Position numbers and translations under genes: made by a program. From the NCBI GenBank assembly GCA_964515955.1, contig CAZEZM010000018.1, positions 1,933 to 65,932 on the forward strand: DNA of 64,000 nucleotides, read 5' to 3'. Within the stretch, counting starts at the first letter, position 1. Every line of letters starts with the position of its first letter. The notes beneath the pieces were generated by a model. That model saw nothing but the letters and a program-made list of their open reading frames with translations. It did no database searches and was not told the origin of the DNA. This document shows positions 21,112 to 29,978 of the stretch, one piece after another. Source of the stretch: an uncultured Flavipsychrobacter sp. GTDB taxonomy: Bacteria > Bacteroidota > Bacteroidia > Chitinophagales > Chitinophagaceae.

Positions 21112-22119
21112 TTAAAACATCAATGCGCCTTTCTTACTGTTGAAGAAGAAAGTGAACTTCGGCATCAGCATCCACTGGCGATACAAGCCGGATGAATATA
21201 CATCCCTGCGTACAACAGGTGTAGCACCTGTTACATCCAGCTTAAACTGGCCATGACGGCCAAACCTGTAGAAGGCATTACCCGTGATGTTTACCGTCAG
21301 CCCCTGTGTACCATCAATTTCGTGCCAAAGCCCTGTATTACGATCCTGGTACAGGTCATCTTTCAAATGATAGATACCCAGTGCGCCAGCGGTAATACCA
21401 ATACGTTCTGTAATAATATAATGCCCTTCCAACCTCAACATTACATCGCCCTGGCGGTACAGCTTGCGTGCTATTGTATATACATTCCTGCTATAAAGGG
21501 TATCATTGATTGCGTTAGCGGCAAAAAAATCATTTTCGTTGTACCTGAAGAATGGTTGTTGATAACCAACCGCTGCGGATACCCATTGTTTCCACATCAC
21601 GCTTCCACCCACGATTACATCCGTGCTGCCGCGGCTGGGTTGGTAGGCCATAGGCAATGGGCGTGCCTGGCCGTCAGCAAAGCTGGCGGTTCCCATACCT
21701 ATTAACAAACCTCCCGTTCCCTGTATGGTCCAGTCTTCCAGTCCGATGAACATATGAGTATATGATGCAGATACATCACCCAATCCCCATGAATTGGCCA
21801 ATTCGCCCGATGCAGAAAAAATCGGAATCTTTACATCAAAATACCCGCCACTGTACGTGCCAAAGAAAGGCATACGTACTTCCAGTTGCGAAATATTCAG
21901 CTTCATATCCCTTTCTCCTTTCGCGAAAGTATGGCCCAGGCTGAGATGCGCCCTCTGGTTTTCATAATCGTATTCATTGATTTTTAAACCTGAAGTGGTG
22001 CGCATGGCTCCTGTACTTGCAAAGCCCGGATCGGCTTCCCCCTGTGCCTTAACGGTAAAGGCGGCAAAGCCTAATGCCACAAACAGGCATATAGCGGAAA
22101 TATGTCTCATGTTAATCAT
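21112..22119 (-). CDS. outer-membrane beta-barrel protein (MetA-pathway/transporter-like), hypothetical
   Basis: Signal peptide ending KAQG, alternating beta-strand pattern, C-terminal aromatic residue (..GALMF). Confidence 0.6.
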   Translation of the reverse strand: MINMRHISAICLFVALGFAAFTVKAQGEADPGFASTGAMRTTSGLKINEYDYENQRAHLSLGHTFAKGERDMKLNISQLEVRMPFFGTYSGGYFDVKIPIFSASGELANSWGLGDVSASYTHMFIGLEDWTIQGTGGLLIGMGTASFADGQARPLPMAYQPSRGSTDVIVGGSVMWKQWVSAAVGYQQPFFRYNENDFFAANAINDTLYSRNVYTIARKLYRQGDVMLRLEGHYIITERIGITAGALGIYHLKDDLYQDRNTGLWHEIDGTQGLTVNITGNAFYRFGRHGQFKLDVTGATPVVRRDVYSSGLYRQWMLMPKFTFFFNSKKGALMF

Positions 22120-22184
22120 TTAACAGATAAGCTTCAAATATACTTTTCTAAACTTAAAAATACATGCCCCGCTGTACAATTGCA

Positions 22185-22219
22185 ATAAAAAAGCCCCTTT
22201 TCTGCTAAAAAAGGGGCTT
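22185..22219 (-). terminator. intrinsic terminator of the MBL-rhodanese gene
   Basis: 11-bp stem aagcccctttt (22191-22201) pairs with aaaaggggctt (22209-22219). A T-run follows on the minus strand. Confidence 0.7.
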
Positions 22220-22240
22220 TGACGACCTGTTAAGTTTTCT

Positions 22241-23644
22241 TTATGCGCTTTCTTTTTCTGTTGTTACAATTTTCAGGCCTTTCTGGTCTTTCATTTTAGA
22301 GAACCCACCCAGCACATTACGCAGGTTGTGATAGCCCTGCCTTTTTAGCAAAGATGCTGCAATTACCGAGCGATAACCGCCGGCACAGTGTACATACAGG
22401 TTGTTTTCAGTACTTATGAGGGCTATATTGAATATATCTTTCAATGAATCCAGAGGTGCGTTGGTAGCGCCTTGTACATGCCCGGCATTATATTCCGATT
22501 CTTTTCTCACGTCCAGTACTTCCAGCCTGTCGTCGTGAGGTATGTCCATAGCCAGTTCGTCGGGCTCTATATCAATAATTATGTCAATATCCTCACCTGC
22601 ATGTATCCAGGCATCTATACCTCCTTCCAGGTAACCTTGTACATTCTCAAATCCTACCCTGGCGAGCCTTATCACACTTTCTTCCTCTTTGCCGGGCTCT
22701 GTTACCAGCACCATCGGCTGGGTAAAAGGCAGCAGGCTGCCGGCCCATTCAGCAAAACGGCCTTCCAACCCTATACTGATGGCTCCCGGAATGAAAGACT
22801 GGGTAAACTCTATGGCTGGGCGTGTATCCAGCAGCCACACATCATCGTTCATCTTTTCTTTCAATTCGGCCACTGTGAGTGGTGTCATAGATGTAGCCAT
22901 AAGTTTGTCCATCGTTTCGTAGCCTTCCTTGTTAATCTTAGCATTCACAGGGAAATAGGCAGGTGGCGTGGATAAGCCTTCCGTTACTGCTTTGACAAAC
23001 TCTTCCTTTGTCATATCCTGCAGGGCATAATTTGTTGCTTTTTGTTGCCCGATGGTGCTGAATGTTTCTGAGCCCAGGTTTTTGCCGCAGGACGAGCCGG
23101 GCCCGTGCGCGGGATATACAACCACATCATCCGGCAGGCCTTTTATTTTGCCATTCAGCGATTCGTACATCATACCTGCCAGCTCTTCCTTGCTCATATT
23201 GCCGCTGAACAGGTCGGGGCGGCCCACATCGCCTACAAACAGGGTATCACCTGTAAATATACAGTGCGGTTTACCTTCTTCGTTGTACAGCAGGTAGCAG
23301 GAACTCTCCAGCGTATGGCCGGGAGTGTGCAACACCTTTATTTTCAGTTTGCCCACGGCAAACACTTCCCCGTCAGCCGCTACATGAACATCAAACTTGG
23401 TTTCCGTATTGGGGCCATATATAATAGGCGCGCCTGTACGTTTCGACAATTCCAGGTGGCCGCTTACAAAGTCGGCGTGAAAATGCGTTTCAAATATGTA
23501 CTTGATTTTCACACCCTGTTCTTCCGCTTTTCGGATATACTCATCCACATCGCGTAAGGGATCTATTACCGCCGCCTCGCCTTCGCTGGCTATAAAATAT
23601 GCCGCTTCGCTCAGGCATTTGGTATACAATTGTTCTATTACCAT
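22241..23644 (-). CDS. MBL-fold persulfide dioxygenase-like domain fused to two rhodanese domains
   Basis: HFHADFVSGH metal motif and HTPGHT. The C-terminal rhodanese has the active-site loop CAGGYRS. The middle rhodanese-like domain lacks the Cys. Confidence 0.85.
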   Translation of the reverse strand: MVIEQLYTKCLSEAAYFIASEGEAAVIDPLRDVDEYIRKAEEQGVKIKYIFETHFHADFVSGHLELSKRTGAPIIYGPNTETKFDVHVAADGEVFAVGKLKIKVLHTPGHTLESSCYLLYNEEGKPHCIFTGDTLFVGDVGRPDLFSGNMSKEELAGMMYESLNGKIKGLPDDVVVYPAHGPGSSCGKNLGSETFSTIGQQKATNYALQDMTKEEFVKAVTEGLSTPPAYFPVNAKINKEGYETMDKLMATSMTPLTVAELKEKMNDDVWLLDTRPAIEFTQSFIPGAISIGLEGRFAEWAGSLLPFTQPMVLVTEPGKEEESVIRLARVGFENVQGYLEGGIDAWIHAGEDIDIIIDIEPDELAMDIPHDDRLEVLDVRKESEYNAGHVQGATNAPLDSLKDIFNIALISTENNLYVHCAGGYRSVIAASLLKRQGYHNLRNVLGGFSKMKDQKGLKIVTTEKESA

Positions 23645-23663
23645 CCGTATGGTTTATGCAGGA

Positions 23664-24347
23664 TTAATCTCTGCGGTTTAAAAATATGGAAATAAAGTAT
23701 AAGAGTTGAGCCAGGCTGGCAATGGCTGCTACCACATAGGTTCTGGCAGCCCATTTCAGGGCGTCGGCAGCCTGGTCATGCTCCATCTTCGATGTCATAC
23801 CTGTACGCTCCAGCCAAGCCAGGGCACGGTTACTGGCATCGTATTCTACCGGTAATGTCACCAAAGAAAACAAAGTAGTAGCTGCAAACAAAATAATACC
23901 AATCAGCAGGAGTGTCTGGTTGCCCTGGCCGAAGTAGAAACCCGCACCTGCCAATAAAACCCATTGACCCAGTGTCGTGCTTACTTTTACAATAGGCACC
24001 ATCGCACTGCGGAACTGCAACATGCTATATGCAGTGGCATGCTGCACGGCATGGCCACATTCGTGCGCGGCTACCGCTGCTGCAGATATACTGCGCCCGC
24101 TATATACCTCGGGGCTCAGGTTTACAGTTTTATCGGCGGGGTTGTAGTGGTCTGACAGGAAACCGTCGGATGCATTGACCTGCACATCGTGTATACCATT
24201 GTCACGCAACATTTTTTCAGCTACTTCCTTACCGCTCATGCCCGAGCTGAGCGGCACCTCACCATATTCCCTGAATTTTGATTTCAGGCGGCTGCTTACG
24301 GCTGAACCAATCAGCATGAACACAACCATAATTAATAAATATCCCAT
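23664..24347 (-). CDS. putative neutral zinc metallopeptidase (membrane-associated, PF04298-like)
   Basis: N-terminal TM, HECGHAVQH zinc motif, C-terminal TM helices. 227 aa. Confidence 0.8.
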   Translation of the reverse strand: MGYLLIMVVFMLIGSAVSSRLKSKFREYGEVPLSSGMSGKEVAEKMLRDNGIHDVQVNASDGFLSDHYNPADKTVNLSPEVYSGRSISAAAVAAHECGHAVQHATAYSMLQFRSAMVPIVKVSTTLGQWVLLAGAGFYFGQGNQTLLLIGIILFAATTLFSLVTLPVEYDASNRALAWLERTGMTSKMEHDQAADALKWAARTYVVAAIASLAQLLYFISIFLNRRD

Positions 24348-24440
24348 GCCTGTATATTATCAAATTACCGACCAAAGTAATTTTGTCAGTTATGCAAAGT
24401 TATTTTATCTGCCGCAACTGGCATTTATACAGTTATAAAT

Positions 24441-24473
24441 AAAAAAATGCGCCCTGCATGACAACAGGGCGCA
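24441..24473 (-). terminator. intrinsic terminator (distal copy)
   Basis: tgcgccctg (24448-24456) pairs with cagggcgca (24465-24473). The A-run 24441-24447 reads as a T-run on the minus strand. Confidence 0.7.
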
Positions 24474-24554
24474 TAAGTCCCCCGACCCCCTAAAGGGGAG
24501 CAGCCACGCGCAATGGCTCTGCGGCCTTTTCCCATGGCTATTGATTGTACACGA

Positions 24555-24588
24555 TAAAAAATGCGCCCTGCCATAAAAACAGGACGCA
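24555..24588 (-). terminator. intrinsic terminator of the TonB receptor gene (proximal copy)
   Basis: tgcgccctg (24562-24570) pairs with caggacgca (24580-24588), including one G-U pair on the minus strand. The preceding A-run reads as a T-run on the minus strand. Confidence 0.7.
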
Positions 24589-24635
24589 TTACGCTTGAAA
24601 AGACCCCTATCCCTTAGAGGAACATCTTTAATATA

Positions 24636-26870
24636 TTACCACTTCATTGTCATGCCCAACAGGAAATTGAAACCAGCCTGCGGATAGAAATAGTTAAATG
24701 TATTTAACGCACCGCCTTCTACATAGCTGAAGGTATAGCCATTGCTCACATATTGCCTGTTCAGGATATTGTTCAGCATCAGGCTGAAACCCAGTTCGCG
24801 GAAGGGTGTGGTTTGTATAGAATAACGGATGCGTGCATCTACCAGGTTGTAGGGATCAATACTTCTGTCCGGGTTGCTCGTATTGTCTAAATACTGCCTG
24901 CCCACATATTTGGTCAACAGGTCTATTTCAAACACCTGCCCCTTACTCATATACCTGAACGGGCTGAGGGTAACACCACCTGCCCCGATGAAGTCGGGCG
25001 AGAAGGCTATATCCGTGGTGCCGTGGTTCACCACATCCTGTATCCCCCATGGGTTGTCATAGTTGTCTATATACTCTGTGAAGTTCAGGATTTTGTTTTG
25101 CGAATAAGTACCGTTGGCAAACAACTTCAGCCAATGATTAGGCACATAAGCGGCCTGCAACTCAATACCTGTGCGGTAGCTGGTCGGCACATTGGTACGT
25201 GTATAAGCGCCAACATCATTTATTTCGCCCGTCAACACCAGTTGGTTGTTATAACGCATGTAGTAATAGTTGGCGCCCAATTGCCATTTGCGCATCGTTC
25301 TGTCATAACCCACTTCCACATCGTAGAGTTGCTCATGCAGGGGCTGGTCAACGGGAGAAGCCTCAAAGTCATTCCTGTTAGGCTCCTTGCTGGCTACAGC
25401 TACTGATGCGTACAGCTTTTCTATTTTGCTGCCGTTCTTCGCTATGAAGTAAGTAAGCCCTGCTTTAGGATTGATAAAGTTGAACACCGGCATGGTATGC
25501 ACCCCCGGGTTGTCGCGGAAGCCGTAAATATTATACGCCACATTGCGGTATTGCAGGTCGCCGAAGAGCATGAGTTTTTCGCCTGCGTATTGCTGTAGTT
25601 TCAGGTACAGGTTCAGGTCGTTCTTTTGTGCGTCCAGGTCGTACCAACGGTAGTTGTCAGGCACGCCGCCATTCATCGTCCACAGCACATCGCCATAATG
25701 CGCACCTGTATATTGGTTCCATCCGCCGCCAAGGGTGAGTTGTGTTTTATTTTTATGGTATATCAGCGAGAATACAGAACCGTAATAGTAGTTGTCTAAC
25801 CACAACTGGCGGATTAGGTCTGTTTCTGTCAGCGTATCTGCGCCGCGTATATTGTCAGCCAGTCCGTAGCTGGCATAAGCCTGGCCAAGTTTGTATTCTT
25901 CGTAATAACCGCGACCGCGTGTCATAAACACTGCCGCATGCCCTGTCAGGTAATTAGAGAAAATATGATCAACAAAGAACTGGTAGTAATCCTGCTGGTA
26001 GTTATCCGTCTGGTTGTCGTAATAGCTGCCATCGGCCCTCATACCCAGCTCATTGTAGGTACGGTTGGTTTCAAGTGAGTCTTCGGGTACACCATTCCAT
26101 GCCTGCTTAGTTTTCTCTTTACCAGTCATCAACATGAACCTGAATTGCGTATTGTCAGTAGGCACCCATTTGGTAATAAACTGCATGGACTTCAAATCAG
26201 TATTAGAACGGTCGATATAACCACGCGAATTGATTTGCGACAGGCGTACGTCAAACTGGAACCCGTTTTTCAACATACCGGTTCCGGCCTTCAGCGTATG
26301 CCTCCATGTGTCGAAAGAGCCGTAGCTATTGGTCAGTTCCACTCCTGCTTTATCCATCTGTTCCATATTGCTCACGCTCATAGTAGCACCAAATGCGCCC
26401 GCACCGTTGGTAGATGTACCTACACCACGCTGCAACTGTATGGAGCTTGTAGATGATGCCAGGTCACCAAAGTTGACGAAGAACGTCCCCTGTGATTCCG
26501 GGTCGTTTACGGGAATCCCGTTCAGCGTTACATTAATGCGTGTGCCATCTGTACCGCGTACCCTGATGCCTGTGTAGCCTACACCCGCACCTGCATCCGA
26601 CGTTACCACTGTTGAAGGTGTGTATTGCAGCAGGTATGGAATATCCTGCCCCAGGTTAGCTTTCTCTATGTCTTTTTTATTCAGCTCTGTTTTGGCAAAA
26701 GGAGCGTCTGACCCTGCGCGTAAAGAGCGTATTTCTACGGGCTGTAAATACTGCGGCTGCAGCAAACTACGCTGCGCGGCTTCTGTTGAGTCTGATTGTG
26801 CATGGGCGCTCATTGTTGCCCCCATGGCAGTCCCGATAGTTATCGGGATGATGAGTAATTGTTTCTTCAT
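24636..26870 (-). CDS. TonB-dependent outer-membrane receptor (riboswitch context suggests thiamin or a precursor)
   Basis: 744 aa. Signal peptide, plug motifs (DIPYLLQYTPSTVV, IRVRGTDGTRINVTLNGIPVND), and a long beta-barrel ending in W. A TPP riboswitch lies in the 5' leader. Confidence 0.9.
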   Translation of the reverse strand: MKKQLLIIPITIGTAMGATMSAHAQSDSTEAAQRSLLQPQYLQPVEIRSLRAGSDAPFAKTELNKKDIEKANLGQDIPYLLQYTPSTVVTSDAGAGVGYTGIRVRGTDGTRINVTLNGIPVNDPESQGTFFVNFGDLASSTSSIQLQRGVGTSTNGAGAFGATMSVSNMEQMDKAGVELTNSYGSFDTWRHTLKAGTGMLKNGFQFDVRLSQINSRGYIDRSNTDLKSMQFITKWVPTDNTQFRFMLMTGKEKTKQAWNGVPEDSLETNRTYNELGMRADGSYYDNQTDNYQQDYYQFFVDHIFSNYLTGHAAVFMTRGRGYYEEYKLGQAYASYGLADNIRGADTLTETDLIRQLWLDNYYYGSVFSLIYHKNKTQLTLGGGWNQYTGAHYGDVLWTMNGGVPDNYRWYDLDAQKNDLNLYLKLQQYAGEKLMLFGDLQYRNVAYNIYGFRDNPGVHTMPVFNFINPKAGLTYFIAKNGSKIEKLYASVAVASKEPNRNDFEASPVDQPLHEQLYDVEVGYDRTMRKWQLGANYYYMRYNNQLVLTGEINDVGAYTRTNVPTSYRTGIELQAAYVPNHWLKLFANGTYSQNKILNFTEYIDNYDNPWGIQDVVNHGTTDIAFSPDFIGAGGVTLSPFRYMSKGQVFEIDLLTKYVGRQYLDNTSNPDRSIDPYNLVDARIRYSIQTTPFRELGFSLMLNNILNRQYVSNGYTFSYVEGGALNTFNYFYPQAGFNFLLGMTMKW

Positions 26871-27013
26871 TGCATGGCATTTATTCTGTTAACGAATGTG
26901 GGGCGCCATGCTTTTTGTTTCTGGCTTCTGCCGTTTGTACCCAATACCCATAAACGAAGGCCTTAACGTTTATTAAGCAGTTGGGGGATACGACAGAATA
27001 CGCTGCTGAATTT

Positions 27014-27093
27014 TTTATTTCCCTAACCGGCATTACCCGGTCCAGGTTCAGCGGGTATGATCTCAGCCTGTTGTTATAAGGCACCCCGATAAA
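27014..27093 (-). promoter_or_regulatory. TPP (THI-box) riboswitch aptamer
   Basis: The minus strand reads TTTATCGGGGTGCCTTATAACAACAGGCTGAGATCATACCCGCTGAACCTGGACCGGGTAATGCCGGTTAGGGAAATAAA. It contains the conserved GGGGUGC, CUGAGA, ACCC, ACCUG, UAAUGCC and AGGGA blocks in canonical order, with a tttat/ataaa P1. It sits about 140 nt upstream of the receptor ATG. Confidence 0.9.
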
Positions 27094-27134
27094 TCTCAGC
27101 GCAAAGGTATAGAATGGTTGGGGAAAAGCAAGTA

Positions 27135-27464
27135 TTATAAGCCAAAGTATTTGATGACACACTCTTTCAGCAGTAGCTCCTGCAACAACAGGCCTGCCTC
27201 CGGCGGTGCCTTTATGGCTTTAAAATGTGGCCAGCCGTCGCCATCACGGCCGGTAAATTCGTAGTAACCCTCTTTGGCCAAGAGGGTGCATACCGCTACG
27301 TGCATCAGGTCCTGCTTCTGCTCTTTGGTAAACTTGCCTGCGGGGTTCACACCTACTTCGTTTATGCCTATCAGGTACAATATTCCTTCCAGGTCGGGCA
27401 ATTTGCCAAACCGTTCCACCATCAGGGTTTCTACATTCCTCCAGCGTTCTACTATGTTTTCCAT
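27135..27464 (-). CDS. hypothetical protein (109 aa)
   Basis: Clean ORF with ordinary composition in the same orientation as its neighbours. No recognisable motif. Confidence 0.55.
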   Translation of the reverse strand: MENIVERWRNVETLMVERFGKLPDLEGILYLIGINEVGVNPAGKFTKEQKQDLMHVAVCTLLAKEGYYEFTGRDGDGWPHFKAIKAPPEAGLLLQELLLKECVIKYFGL

Positions 27465-27595
27465 AAACTATTAAGGCTGCAAAGCTACCTGAAATTTGGT
27501 TTAACGCAGTTTTAACAGCGTGAATATATACGCATTGATATTTTTGAAGGCTGAAACATTTTTTACAACTTACTGTTTCGTAAATTGTACCTATT

Positions 27596-28606
27596 ATGGA
27601 AATGCCATCTTCAACATCTGTAGATATACGCGAACTGAACGAACGCATACACCAGGCCAGCGCTTTCATAGAGCTGCTGAACATGGAACTGAATAAGACC
27701 GTTGTAGGCCAGAGGCACATGGTGGAACGCCTGATGATAGGCCTGCTGGCCAATGGCCACGTACTGCTGGAAGGCGTACCCGGCCTGGCTAAGACGCTGG
27801 CCATCAAATCGCTGGCGGCGGCTATACATGCCAAATTCGCACGCATCCAGTTTACCCCCGACCTGCTGCCGGCCGATGTGCTGGGTACTATGGTGTACAA
27901 CCCGCAGGCGCATGAATTTGCCGTACGTAAGGGGCCGATTTTCGCCAACTTCATACTGGCCGATGAGATTAACCGCGCCCCTGCCAAAGTACAAAGTGCC
28001 CTGCTGGAGGCCATGCAGGAACGCCAGGTAACCATCGGCGACCATACCTACAAGCTGGAAGAACCTTTCCTGGTGCTGGCTACGCAAAACCCCATAGAGC
28101 AGGAAGGTACTTATGAACTGCCCGAAGCGCAGGTAGACCGTTTCATGCTGAAAATCGTCATTACTTATCCTAAAAAGGAAGAAGAGCGCCATATCATCCG
28201 CTACAACCTGAACCCGGAGGGGATGCCCAAAATCAACCAGGTAGTAAGCCAGGATGATATACTAAAAGCCCGCCACCTGGTGCGCGAGGTGTATATGGAT
28301 GAAAAAATTGAACAATACATACTGGATATAGTATTTGCTACCCGTTTCCCCGATGAGTACAAGCTGAAAGGATTGAAGCCGCTGATTAGTTACGGAGCGT
28401 CTCCCCGTGCCAGCATCAACCTGGCACTGGCTGCTAAAGCTTATGCATTCATCAAACGCCGGGGATATGTGATACCTGAAGACGTGCGCGCTGTTTGTCA
28501 CGATGTAATGCGCCACCGTATAGGCGTTACCTACGAAGCTGAGGCCGAAAATGTAACCAGCGAACAGATACTGAACGAAATACTGAATGCGGTAGAAGTG
28601 CCATAG
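27596..28606 (+). CDS. MoxR-family AAA+ ATPase
   Basis: Walker A GVPGLAKT, Walker B ILADEINRA, QNPIEQEGTYELPEAQVDRF, and a C-terminal GASPRASI lid. Confidence 0.9.
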   Translation: MEMPSSTSVDIRELNERIHQASAFIELLNMELNKTVVGQRHMVERLMIGLLANGHVLLEGVPGLAKTLAIKSLAAAIHAKFARIQFTPDLLPADVLGTMVYNPQAHEFAVRKGPIFANFILADEINRAPAKVQSALLEAMQERQVTIGDHTYKLEEPFLVLATQNPIEQEGTYELPEAQVDRFMLKIVITYPKKEEERHIIRYNLNPEGMPKINQVVSQDDILKARHLVREVYMDEKIEQYILDIVFATRFPDEYKLKGLKPLISYGASPRASINLALAAKAYAFIKRRGYVIPEDVRAVCHDVMRHRIGVTYEAEAENVTSEQILNEILNAVEVP

Positions 28607-28633
28607 TTGAATTGATTGAATATGATGATACTC

Positions 28634-28664
28634 AATCCCTGCACACAGTGCAGGGATTATTTTT
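28634..28664 (+). terminator. intrinsic terminator after moxR
   Basis: atccctgcac (28635-28644) pairs with gtgcagggat (28648-28657), followed by ATTTTT. Confidence 0.75.
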
Positions 28665-28738
28665 GGCACCCGAATTAACATTTCGCTTAGTTTATTGGCG
28701 TAACTTTGCAGCGCTGAAAAGCAAGGGATAAAAAACAC

Positions 28739-29143
28739 ATGTTGCTCAAAAAACATACAGCGTCGCAAATAGTTTGCTTTTATGCAATGGTTACAGCTGT
28801 GTGTATACTTGGCCCCGCATTATCTGCCCGCCGGCATAATTCGCAAAAAGGCGAACAACACCTCCTGAAGGCAACGGGCATTGCACAGCATCACACATCA
28901 CTCAAGGCCGCGAAAGATGATAATACAGCTTACGGACAATCGGCCATACGACGCCACAACGAAGGTAGTTTCACTTCCGGCTCTTTTGCAAAAAATACGT
29001 TGGCAGGCACTGTGGCGGTTTATAGTTTTGTAGTTGCCGCTCCACATATTTTTATTGTTTCGCCAACGTGTTTAATAAAAACATATTCCCGTTTACTACT
29101 TCCGGGTTATTATTCTTTCCTATTCAGGTACACCCCCTTTTAG
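28739..29143 (+). CDS. doubtful hypothetical small protein
   Basis: This is the only ORF in a ~650-bp gap. It has a hydrophobic N-terminal segment but odd composition and no motif. Confidence 0.25.
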   Translation: MLLKKHTASQIVCFYAMVTAVCILGPALSARRHNSQKGEQHLLKATGIAQHHTSLKAAKDDNTAYGQSAIRRHNEGSFTSGSFAKNTLAGTVAVYSFVVAAPHIFIVSPTCLIKTYSRLLLPGYYSFLFRYTPF

Positions 29144-29262
29144 CCTGCCTGTTTAGCTTTTTCAAACTACCCTTTACAGAAAGATAATTTCAGCATTTAA
29201 AAATTAATGCCTGTTCGCGGTGCATACTGCAACCGCTACACAGGCACACAATACTTCTTATT

Positions 29263-29955
29263 ATGATTGAATTTTTGCAGAACCTCACCAACCCCGACTG
29301 GATAATGGCACATGGGGGATTATATATAGTGCTGTTCATCGTTTTTGCAGAAACGGGGCTGTTCGTCGGTTTCTTTTTACCCGGCGATTCCCTGCTGTTT
29401 ATTACAGGTATTATTATCGCTAATACTGCCCTTCCGGGGCTTGGCTCGCTTATGAGCCTTATCTATTGGTTGCTACTTATTTCTGCTGCAGGTATAGCCG
29501 GCAATTTTATTGGTTACTGGTTCGGCAGAACATCGGGCGATATGCTGATGAAAAGAAAGGATAGCTGGCTGTTTAAGAAGAAACATCTTTTGCAGGCAAA
29601 GGAGTTTTATATGAAAAGGGGTGGTGCAGCAATAGTACTCGCACGTTTCCTGCCTATAGTCAGGACTTTTGCGCCTATTGTAGCGGGTATGGTACGTATG
29701 GACTTTCGTAAATTTTCCCTGTATAACATTGTCGGGTCATTGGCGTGGGTGGTGAGCCTGGTAACGGCTGGCTACCTGCTGGGTGAAAACCTGTGGGTGA
29801 AAAACAATCTCGAAAAGATTATATTGGCAATAATAATCATACCGCTGCTGCCTGTACTGGTTAAACTGGTTTTCGGCAAGAAGCCGAAAGTACAGCCATT
29901 GCCGGTGGTAGATGTGAAAAACGAACAAGTGAAGAAGAATGATGTTGAAATATAA
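29263..29955 (+). CDS. DedA family membrane protein
   Basis: 230 aa. Motifs FAETGLFVGFFLPGDSLLF and ARFLPIVRTFAPIVAGM are typical of DedA/SNARE-associated proteins. Confidence 0.85.
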   Translation: MIEFLQNLTNPDWIMAHGGLYIVLFIVFAETGLFVGFFLPGDSLLFITGIIIANTALPGLGSLMSLIYWLLLISAAGIAGNFIGYWFGRTSGDMLMKRKDSWLFKKKHLLQAKEFYMKRGGAAIVLARFLPIVRTFAPIVAGMVRMDFRKFSLYNIVGSLAWVVSLVTAGYLLGENLWVKNNLEKIILAIIIIPLLPVLVKLVFGKKPKVQPLPVVDVKNEQVKKNDVEI

Positions 29956-29978
29956 TTCAATGTTCAAACTATAGGATT

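Noticed and set aside
26881-27162. 93-aa ORF on the minus strand between the 109-aa gene and the TonB receptor
   Set aside because: It lies exactly over the TPP riboswitch aptamer and its expression platform. The RNA element explains the conservation-like appearance, and there is no protein motif.
27244-28035. 263-aa antisense ORF overlapping the moxR 5' half and the 109-aa gene
   Set aside because: It is a shadow ORF opposite a well-supported AAA+ gene. It has S/A/R-rich low-information composition and no motifs.
29143-29262. Possible yybP-ykoY Mn riboswitch ahead of dedA-terC
   Set aside because: The conserved GGGGAGUAG-type loops are not present. Only a generic nested hairpin was found, and it is reported separately at low interest.
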